A DNA stretch of 64,000 nt from Macrostomum lignano (Eukaryota). This document shows, one piece after another, positions 35,601 to 44,098 of the stretch. The notes under the pieces were generated by a model. It was given only the letters and a program-made list of their open reading frames with translations. It was not told where the DNA came from and did not search any database. A program made the position numbers and the translations under genes. Numbering within the stretch: position 1 is the first letter of the stretch; each line of letters begins with the position of its first letter. The stretch is taken from positions 34,491-98,490 of the forward strand of contig NIVC01002965.1 in assembly GCA_002269645.1 (NCBI GenBank), given 5' to 3'.

Positions 35601-38600
35601 CGAAAGAGCTGCTTGACCTTTGCAAAAAGCATGTTTTTCGAATATTTAATCCCTTTAATATTGAGAAATTTCTTAGCCAAGATGCATGTACCGTCCCAGG
35701 AAAATTTCTGATCGAATGGTGCAAGTTTTAAAAAAAAATCGGTCGAGCCATTTTTTCTGAAATCTATCGCATACCTACCTACCTACCTACCCACAGCCAA
35801 CTCATTTTTAGTATATAGGATGAAAATAACGTAGTTAAAGCAAGCGCCATAAGATTACGCAAACTTTTATTCTGAGTAGCAAACTCTTGTTCCAAAATTC
35901 GTTTCATAAGCTAAAAATTTCACATCATCAAATGAATCTTTCATAACCTCGAAATGTCGGCCTTGCGAAAGTGACCCCAAAATATTCACAGGAGAGTTGT
36001 ATCTCGGTGGCTTCTGGCGATATCGTACGTACCACAACCAGCACTGAGACGATTCCGCTCATTCCGCTAACTCCTGAGCACATATAAGCAAGCCAACACT
36101 GTACGCAGGCGCGCAGTCGTACACACGCTCACACAAGGTGTTACAGCGGCCCTGACTTTGATTTTCTAGTCGGCAGGCATGTACAGTCTCTGGGCCTTGG
36201 GGGTTGGCCCTCATGGGTGGGAATCGCACAACAACCTACTGGTCAATTTTCGTGCACACAACAAGGCCGCGCACGCTTTGCCCCCCCCCTCTGCAGCGCC
36301 CCAGAAACGGCTACCGGACATTTCCCCTCAGGCGTTTCCCCTCCGGCGATTCCCCTCCGGACATTTCCCCTCGGCGGCGTTTCCCCTCCGGACATTTCCC
36401 CATCCGGACATTTCCCCTCGGCGGCGTTTCCCCTCCGGACATTTCCCCTCGGCGGCGTTTCCCCTCCGGACATTTCCCATCCAGCTATAACGAAATAACA
36501 GAGCTTCAGAACATGCCAAAAAAAGTTTTGCACGCATGTTCGTCACATCCATGTAGTTATGCTGTTAGATCGCTTTTATTTTAAAAATTATGTAAGTAAA
36601 AAGTGAGAGTAGATGGTTTTATTATGTTTTATTATAGGTTTTATTATAATAAAATTATAATATAATATATTATTATTCTCTTTATTATTAATATATATGT
36701 GGCTATGCTGCTATACATACATATATATATACATGCAACTTATGTTCTCTTTGGACATGTCCGAAGGCACTGTTATTTCGTTATAGATGAAGGGGAAATG
36801 TCCGGAGGGGAAATATCCAGAGGGGAAATGTCCGGAGGGGAAACGCCGGAGGGGAAGTGTCCGGAGGGGAAACGCCGGAGGGGAAATGTCCGGAGGGGAA
36901 ACGCCGGAGGGGAAGTGTCCGGAGGGGAAACGCCGGAGGGGAAATGTCCGTAAGCGCCCAGAAACGCCTTACCTTGCCCTCATACTGGTAAGAGTCATCG
37001 AACCGGAACAGGTCTTTAGGACTCCTCAGCTCAACCAGGTGCCAACCAGGCGAGTCGATGATGTCCACATCGTTCGTGTCGATGAACTCGGACCCGATGG
37101 CCTGGTCTGTGCAGTTCCCTCTCACTCCGTCGATATAATAAGCCACACCAGAATTAAAGTCGTGAATAACAGTCAGGGTGCCTATATTGTAAAATGGACC
37201 TTTGTACATGGATTCGGGCTCTCTGTAGTCGTAGCGGACCATGTTTTGCGAGCTGTCGTAGCTTAATCTCCCATAAAAGACCGAGTCCAGCGCTTCAGCA
37301 CGTCCGGCTATCACCTCCCAGGTGAAGGTCATGATTGGGTGCAGGTCAGGCAGAGGCTTGGTCCTGATCCGGTCACGGCAGTAGGTGCCTTGCGGTGTCT
37401 AGAATTGAATAGAATATAAAATGAGTCGAATTTTGCTCCCAGTTTTTTGTCATAGGAGAATTGCCATAGGAGAATTCCGAATCAAGCGATGTCGAGTGCT
37501 CAGGGCCGAGTGTCAAAGCTCAAATTAAATCGAACCTATTTGAACTTTGGACAATTGTCAAGTTTACAAGTTTGATTTAAGAATAGGTGTCCTCGCTGGC
37601 TGCTAGGCCACTGTTCTCAGAAAGTCAGTGAGGCAGTGAAATTGTCAGTGAGGCAAATAAAAATGCTTAAAATAAAATCTAACCTGAAATACTGACATTG
37701 GAGATTCCAGGTAGTTTCGAAATTGAACAAAGTCGTACACGTGATAGAAATTTCTCGTAATGTTTGACTCAGTGCGAACTCCGTGCATTTCTATACGCAG
37801 CGGGATCGGGGCTGCCGATGGAGAGCTCCATCCGGGTTCTGGAGTGAAAATGGGGGGGGCAACTTCTTTTAAATTATATAGACAGCTCCTTTCTTGCTGT
37901 TCAGAAACAGAAGGCAACATTACAATTTATTTCCAATTATGCATAAAATCAACAGCACTTGATATAATTTCAGAATTTTTTCAGTAGGAATCACTAATTT
38001 TTGTCAGAGTGTATCTATGTCCTAACGGTATACATCCAGCTTCCGACAAAATCCTAACAATTTTTTTACAATTTCCACCTTCAGAAACGAGTAAATGTTG
38101 TAAATTCTACTCAACATAATTATGAATTATGATTTGGGCTCACTCGAAAAGTACCAGTTGACCTCTAATTCCGAGTTCATCTCTGGCCAACTCTGACAGC
38201 TGTACCATCGGTCAGACGCAATGCCTCGAATTTTCGTGTCGGTGGCAAAGTATTTCTGGAAAAGGGGGGACACAGTAGCTGCATACAAAATCTAATAGTC
38301 TCGTTAGTCAGCGGGCCAAACTTCTCATCATATATCCTGAGTTCGATTGTTTGTTTGCTAAATAATTAAACAACAGATCCCCCTTTTTTATTAGAGGCAG
38401 GGTGGCTGTGTGCACCCTGGCGCACTTTAAGCGACAATTGTCACACAACCGGCGAGAGCCAGTTGTGTGACAATGTGCCCATTTCGCCGACTCCCCTGAG
38501 CAGGCACACAAGCGCGCGGATGCGTACGCTATACGTACACTATCTCGAACGATAGTGTACAGCGGTCCTAACTTTATTTATCGTTAGGCATGTGCACTTC

Positions 38601-39239
38601 ACTGTCTTGGGGGCTGGCCCTCAAGTTGTGCATTAATTGCACGAGCAGAGTCAATCCGAGATTTCAATTTCGTCCCAAAATTAATGTGACTGCACTTGGA
38701 ATTGAGGACACATCAGAACGCCATGCTAGACAACTGGGCTATGCCCCACCTGTTCATTAAACCAAATCTCCAAACTATTCAACGACTCACAATTCCAAAC
38801 TCAGGATTCAGCCGAAACATGCTCATCGTATCTTTAGGCACAATTTTTCCGTTCACAGACTTGCCAATGAGTACCACCAGCTCGTTTCTGGCCGTCATAT
38901 TGAATACTGTGCAGGGAACTTCTGCAAGTGATAATAAAAGTGCACTCAAGTATTGATTACGACGTAAACGTTTCAGCTCGAATTTTAATTGACAAATCTG
39001 TTCCCACCTTTAGAGACAATGAATATCTCTTGAGTTTTGAACGAATAGTACGCATCGTACTCTGTGCTCTCCTGCAGCATGTTGAGCCGAGCCAATTGCT
39101 GCTCAGACTCGAACCACATCTCCATCTCGGTGGATTTGTTGCGCACCTTATCCTTCATTTCGATTTTGGCTTGAAAAATATTCGAAATTGACGGTGGCGA
39201 TGGGCCTGCAAGGTTGATTTGTGCCGGGACACTGCGAAT
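20516..39239 (-). CDS. Single-pass membrane protein: two ependymin/LolA-like repeats, four or more PAN/apple domains and a C-terminal TM helix (5' exon not located)
   Basis: In-frame GT-AG exons traced by hand: 39205 (or 39239)-39008, 38921-38791, 38255-38144, 37838-37684, 37398-36973, 27156-27055, 26963-26865, 26041-25861, 25772-25593, 25130-24891, 23387-~23238, ~22760-22359, 22180-21846, 21283-21097, 20730-20516. Repeat motifs: IRGIASDRW/VRGLPVDIY, IHDFNSGVAYYID..GNC, YNFFNF..FDVGSCY. PAN cysteine patterns: CLESC, CALAC, CATLC, CARKC. TM: AAAAVFVTTSVIGMVLGIVMLMAVL. The 23238/22760 junction is unresolved. Confidence 0.8.
22900..23210. repeat. CT-rich low-complexity tract, preceded by a hAT-MITE-like stub (~22802-22880)
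   Basis: Polypyrimidine TCTC runs. Upstream GATCGGCAAACTCATGTCCGCGGGCCACATGCAGCCC resembles hAT non-autonomous ends (recognition only). Confidence 0.6.
23463..24793 (+). mobile_element. Intact mariner DNA transposon (1331 bp) with TA target-site duplication
   Basis: TA at 23461-62 and 24794-95. The 31-bp TIRs CGAGGGGTGCGCAAAAAGT(C/T)TTGGCAACTGG differ at one position. It encloses one uninterrupted transposase ORF and lies in an intron of the PAN-domain gene. Confidence 0.98.
23652..24719 (+). CDS. Mariner transposase, DD34D, 355 aa
   Basis: WVPHAL, VTGDEKW, HHDNA and YSPDLAPCD motifs; 34 residues counted between the 2nd and 3rd Asp. Confidence 0.97.
   Translation: MENITADQWRFYVFMRSQLGENATKIHAELVQVVADQAPSYRTVARWIELVSAGRRSMTDSPRSGRPMTSVTEQNIVAVRQLVDEDRNITVALLSQTIGISDGSVRTILHDHLGLRKVTARWVPHALTAEQKQERVRCSQEFLRCFGEGGTKRLTDVVTGDEKWFYYFQVPHKNQNKVWIGSDEDRPTVLRPGFRSRKQMFVVFFSINGPETVVMVPNGQNVNATFYTGEVLPKVVASVMEKQPTRLQSGRIHLHHDNASSHTAAMTTSFLADNKLKVIPHPPYSPDLAPCDFWAFPKLTERMAGCHFQRPQDLARRINSELNTMPASEYRAAFEAWIRRHQKCIERGGDYIEGL
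26138..26542. repeat. 23-bp minisatellite (GGACCAAACCGAAGCAAAGCTCC)
   Basis: About 17 tandem copies; the ORF-track translation repeats every 23 aa (3 units). Confidence 0.97.
26623..26760 (+). mobile_element. Probable mariner-like terminal fragment
   Basis: TA followed by CGAGGTGTGTCCCAAAAGTTCCCGGAAT resembles a mariner TIR; no partner TIR or ORF seen. Confidence 0.45.
27176..29523 (-). mobile_element. Non-autonomous Helitron, unit A (2348 bp)
   Basis: The minus strand starts TCCTATATACTAAAAATG and ends with a CCCCC/GGGGG hairpin then AAGATTGCTAG, followed by T. Contains 18-bp and 23-bp minisatellites, an internal partial duplication and a tRNA-like cassette. Confidence 0.88.
29524..32693 (-). 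mobile_element. Non-autonomous Helitron, unit B (3170 bp, different subfamily)
   Basis: Same 5' TCCTATATAC start, with 3' hairpin and CTAG. Contains a ~23-bp ACATGACGCTTCTATGATTGTTT array (~30690-32040), (CCCTAA)-like tracts and ~430-bp degenerate repeats of its 3' region. Confidence 0.88.
32694..35820 (-). mobile_element. Non-autonomous Helitron, unit C (3127 bp, same subfamily as A)
   Basis: 5' A|TC at 35821/35820; 3' hairpin CCCCCAACGGGGGG then CTAG. Has an 18-bp (TCCCCCAGATAGCAAGCA) array and a 23-bp (GTTTGACATGGTGGCTCTTTAAT) array. Confidence 0.88.
36040..36212 (-). repeat. Dispersed repeat family X, copy 2
   Basis: Reverse complement begins GAGGGCCAACCCCCAAGGCCCAGAGACTGTACATGCCTGCCGAC...CAGGGCCGCTGTAACAC. 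Confidence 0.7.
36310..36957. mobile_element. Foldback/MITE element with ~210-bp modular TIRs and a 9-bp TSD (Mutator-like)
   Basis: Left arm repeats CGGACATTTCCCCTCGGCGGCGTTTCCCCTC; the right arm is the inverse. The inner TIR part CTATAACGAAATAACAG is on both arms. CCAGAAACG flanks both ends (36301-36309, 36958-36966). Confidence 0.8.
38420..38622 (-). repeat. Dispersed repeat family X, copy 3
   Basis: Reverse complement GAGGGCCAGCCCCCAAGACAGTGAAGTGCACATGCCTAACGATAA...ATCCGCGCGCTTGTGTGCCT...GTCGCTTAAAGT matches 45471-45672. Confidence 0.8.
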
Positions 39240-39439
39240 CTGTGAGAAACTTCAAATAGCTAAAATACACTCTGCAGCACTAAAAAGTGAGATTTTCAAT
39301 GAGGCTTTCAACGCAGCTATCATGCTGAAACACTGTTTTAGTAGTCAGGAATAATTTTAATCCAGGCCAACTGTGCTAATGTCTGGCGTCCGTTACGCCT
39401 CCTGGCTCTCCCTACACTGATGGTTCACTGAAGGATCGT

Positions 39440-40010
39440 TAAGGACGAAGAGGTTTGCTGAAGGATCAATGGGAGGTTCTTTGGTGTATCAAGGGGTCCT
39501 TTGGAGGATCAAGAAGTCCGCTTGAGGATCAAGAGGTCCGCTAGATGATCATGGGGTCCTTTGGAGGATCATGAGGTCCTTTGGAGGATCATGGGGTCCT
39601 TTGGAGGATCATGAGGTCCTTTGGAGGATCAAGAAGTCCGCTTGAGGATCAAGAGGTCCGCTAGATGATCATGGGGTCCTTTGGAGGATCATGGGGTCCT
39701 TTGGAGGATCATGAGGTCCTTTGGAGGATCATGAGGTCCTTTAGAGGATCATGGGGTCCTTTGGAGGATAAGGATGTCTTGGAGGATCGTGGGGTCCTCT
39801 GTAGGATCAAGGAGTCCTTTAGGAGATCAAAGGGGTCGTTTGGAGGATCAAGGGCTTCCTGTAGGATCAAAGGGCCCTTCGAACAATCAAGAGGTCTTCT
39901 GTGGAACCAAGGGGCTACTTGTAGAATCAAGGAGTCCTTTGGAGGAACATGGGTCCTTTAGAGGATCTTGGGGTCATTTGGAGGATTAAGGGGTCCTTTG
40001 GTGGATCTAG
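39440..40010. repeat. ~20-bp minisatellite (GGAGGATCATGGGGTCCTTT)
   Basis: Periodic and degenerating at both ends; a ~100-bp block is duplicated at ~39500 and ~39600. Confidence 0.9.
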
Positions 40011-40639
40011 GGGTGCTATCGAGGCTTCAGTATATACCAAGGTCAAAGCAAACGCTAAATACAATAGTGCAGAACCTAACCTTCATTTTCCACTTTCGAA
40101 CAATAAGACGCACGTCCACACTCAGCCAAGCTAACTAGGGTAGCTAGACAGACTGCCAGCTGGCACCAGTTCAGCTGCCGCTCTCGCATTTCTGATTTCA
40201 AAATTGTTAGCTCCAAAATCCAAAGCAGAAACGAATACCCTGCTTCTCAATGCTCAACGCTTTACAGTGTAGAAACCAGTTAGCCTTATGACCTGTAGAG
40301 TGAGACAGGGCTTTGATAACAGAGCATGGCATATCTAGGCACAAAAATCTGTAAGTCAATTGCAGTGCTGAGCTCTTATCAGTTGAGCTGCCCGCTGAAA
40401 AGTTTCACTTAAGTCACATGCAATTGACCAGCCAAAGTGGGCTCATGACTGTTAGCGCGCTGGACTCTAAACAGTTTTTTTTATTTCTAACTTAGCTAGA
40501 ACCGACTTTCACTGCTTTTCTTAGAAAGCCGTATGCGACCACTGATGCTTTATCAGGATTTCTAGATCCAATATGGTGGTCTGTACGGAAGAGTTCATTT
40601 CAACCCGTTCTGAGTTTACTCTTTCCTATCTCTTCTTGG

Positions 40640-41800
40640 TAATCCACTCAAGTCTCTTTCCCTCCCTCTCCCTCTCCCCCGCTCCACCACTACTTCTTTC
40701 CCTATCTCTCCTCACTCCTCTCCCTCTCCCTCTCCCTCTCCCTCTCTCTCCCCCATCCCTTCTACCCCTCTCTCCTTCTCCCCCTCTCCTTATCCCTCTC
40801 TCTTGTTCCTCTTCCCAACCTGCCTTTTCTACTTCTCTTCCTCCTTTCCTCTCTCTCTTCTCTCTCTATTCTCTCTCTCCCTCTCTCCCTTTCTCCCTCT
40901 TTCCCGTCTACCCTCTCAGGAAGAATATAAAATATTCCAAACATCTACAATTCGCTTAAGCATCTGCGCTACCGCGCCAGTGCTTAAGGGTTTTACGACT
41001 CTTTCCCTCTCTCCCCCTCTCTCATCTCTCCTCTTTCCCTCTCTCCCCCTCTCTCATCTCTCCTCTCTCCCTCTCCCCCCTCTCTCATCTCTCCTCTCTC
41101 CCTCTCTCCCCCTCTCTCATCTCTCCTCTCTCCCTCTCTCCCCCTCTCTCATCTCTCCTCTCTCCCTCCCTCCCCCTCTCATCTCTCCTCTCTCCCTCTC
41201 TCTCCCTCTCTCATCTTTCCTCTCTCCCTCTCTCCCCCTCTCTCATCTCTCCTCTCTCCCTCTCTCCCCTCTCTCATCTCTCCTCTCTCCCTCTCCCCCT
41301 CTCTCATCTCTCCTCTTTCCCTCTCTCCCCCTCTCTCATCTCTCCTCTTTCCCTCTCTCCCCCTCTCTCATCTCTCCTCTCTCCCTCTCTCCCCTCTCTC
41401 ATCTCTCCTCTCTCCCTCTCTCCCCCTCTCTCATCTCTCCTCTCTCCCTCTCTCCCCCTCTCATCTCTCCTCTCTCCCTCTCTCTCCCTCTCTCATCTTT
41501 CCTCTCTCCCTCTCTCCCCCTCTCTCATCTCTCCTATTTCCCTCTCTCCCCCTCTCTCATCTCTCCTATTTCCCTCTCTCCCCCTCTCTCCCATCTCTCC
41601 TCTCTCCCTCTCCCCCTCTCTCCCTCTCCCCCCTCTCTCTCTCCCCCTCTCTCTCATCTCTCCTCTCTCCCTCTCCCCTCTCTCCGTCTCTCCATCCTCT
41701 CCCCTTTCTTCCTTCTCTTCTATCTTTTTTCGGTCTTCCCGTCTTTAACCTCTATTTGCATCTCTCCCCTCTCCCACCTTTCTCTTTCTTTCTCTCCTCT
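40640..41800. repeat. ~1.15-kb CT-rich homopyrimidine tract/minisatellite
   Basis: CTCTCATCTCTCCTCTCTCCCTCTCTCCC-type units; nearly purine-free from ~41000 to 41700. Confidence 0.95.
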
Positions 41801-42012
41801 TTCATCTTATTCTCAATATTCTTCCCCAGCTCCCCAATTTGCCGAATAGTCACTGTCCTACCGAAAAGTCAATTAAGTTGTAAAGCAAACCGATGAACCA
41901 ATCAGAATGTCGTGATAATAAAGTCCAGATATAAATACGATGGATAGAATAGCTGATAAAGCGAACACGGTTTTCGATAGCGAAAATTAACAATTGGAAT
42001 TACGAGAACCTT

Positions 42013-43253
42013 ATGGATATCTGCACAAATTCATTGCTGTTATTTATTAATCTGCTTCTTGTATCACCATACTCTGTTGGTGAGTTCTGCTTCATAGGTG
42101 TGTTTATAAAATGGGACAGATTTTTGACAAGTATTGATTTTATCTTCAGGTGAAGAACAATTTCTCCGATGCAGTGGACAAATAAGGGACTTTATTAGTC
42201 CGCCGTGTCATCAGTGCAGCTGTCGAGTGAGTGAGACGCTTGTTGATGTCTTCGGTTGGTAGGAGTTTCTCTCTCTAGAGAATTCTGATTTTTTGACCGA
42301 GTACGGAAAAGCCCGTTATTTTATTAATGACTAGACAATCTGATTTGCTTTTTTCCATTGATGAGTAGATGAGTTCTATTAGTGAGTAGTTGAGCTACAT
42401 TGGTGAGTAGATGAGTTCTATTGGTCAGTAGATGAGTTCTATTGGTAAGTAGATGAGTTCTATTGGTGAGTAGATGAGTTCTATTGGTGAGTAGATGAGT
42501 TCTATTGGTGAGTAGATGAGTTCTATTGGTGAGTAGATGAGTTCTATTGGTTAGTAGATGAGTTCTATTGGTTAGTACTCGTAGATGAGTTCTATTGGTG
42601 AGTAGATGAGTGCCTTTGATGAGTAAATAAGCTCTATTGATGATTTTATTGGTCAGTCGATGCCTGATTAAGTTGATGAAAAGTGAAATTCATGCATGGA
42701 TAGATGAGTACGATCTATATTGATTTGTTTGATCAGTGGACAAGTTAGATTTTTGAGAACATTAAATATCTTAGTAGCGTGATATTTGACTCCATTTGTC
42801 AGCAGAAAACCAGAATACGCGTGACTTGCTATTTGATTTTGTTCCCAAATTGACTCGTTATGCAGAACGGCATTTACTCCTGTTGGCTGGCTCAGTGCCC
42901 CAGTGTGGACACCTCTTGCTACGTCACTCAGAATGACGTCTGCTGCGAGAACTGTCGCTCCTGCCAACTTCGCCAGCCTGGCAACCGGCAGCTGCTGCTT
43001 CATCGTGAGCTGGTCCAGCGGCCTCAATCGTCAGATGCGTGCGAGATCAGCCACTGCGTGGCAGGTGTTGTCACCGAGTTCCGCAGGCTGTGCCATCCGC
43101 CATGCTCACCAGAGTATCAGCTGAGGTTGCCGGGCCAGTGTTGCCCCAGGTCTGTCCTCTGTATAATAAACCGGGATGTAAAAGTACGGGAGACTCAGGA
43201 ACGTTGGGAAATTATTTAGTTGCTTTTTTATTTATATAGTTTGTTAGTCAGTC

Positions 43254-43300
<47 letters not shown>

Positions 43301-43358
43301 CAGTTAGTTAGTTAGTTAGTCAGTCAGTCAGTCAGTCAGTCAGTTAGTTAGTTAATTC

Positions 43359-43399
<41 letters not shown>

Positions 43400-43400
43400 C

Positions 43401-43468
<68 letters not shown>

Positions 43469-43517
43469 CAGTCAGTCAGTCAGTTAGTTAGTTAGTTAAT
43501 TAGTTAGTTAGTTAGTC

Positions 43518-43588
<71 letters not shown>

Positions 43589-43719
43589 CAGTCAGTCAGT
43601 CAGTTAGTTAGTTAGTTAGTTAGTTAATTAGTTAGTTAGTTAATTAGTTAGTTAGTTAGTCAGTTAGTTAGTTAGTTAGTTAGTCAGTCAGTCAGTCAGT
43701 CAGTCAGTTAGTTAGTTAA

Positions 43720-43756
<37 letters not shown>

Positions 43757-43832
43757 CAGTCAGTCAGTCAGTCAGTCAGTTAGTTAGTTAATTAGTTAGT
43801 TAGTTAATTAGTTAGTTAGTTAGTTAGTTAGC

Positions 43833-43885
<53 letters not shown>

Positions 43886-43886
43886 G

Positions 43887-43920
<34 letters not shown>

Positions 43921-43951
43921 CAGTCAGTCAGTCAGTTAGTTAGTTAGTTAA

Positions 43952-43999
<48 letters not shown>

Positions 44000-44000
44000 C

Positions 44001-44098
<98 letters not shown>

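Noticed and set aside
29181-35731. Recurrent 60-83-aa ORFs (FSLAFLQCISSRK...) at 29263, 32388 and 35492
   Set aside because: They lie in the Helitron 5' region, and stops and frames differ between copies; there is no RepHel similarity.
40573-41849. 348-aa Leu/Ser/Pro ORF
   Set aside because: An artefact of the CT tract, which cannot encode stops.
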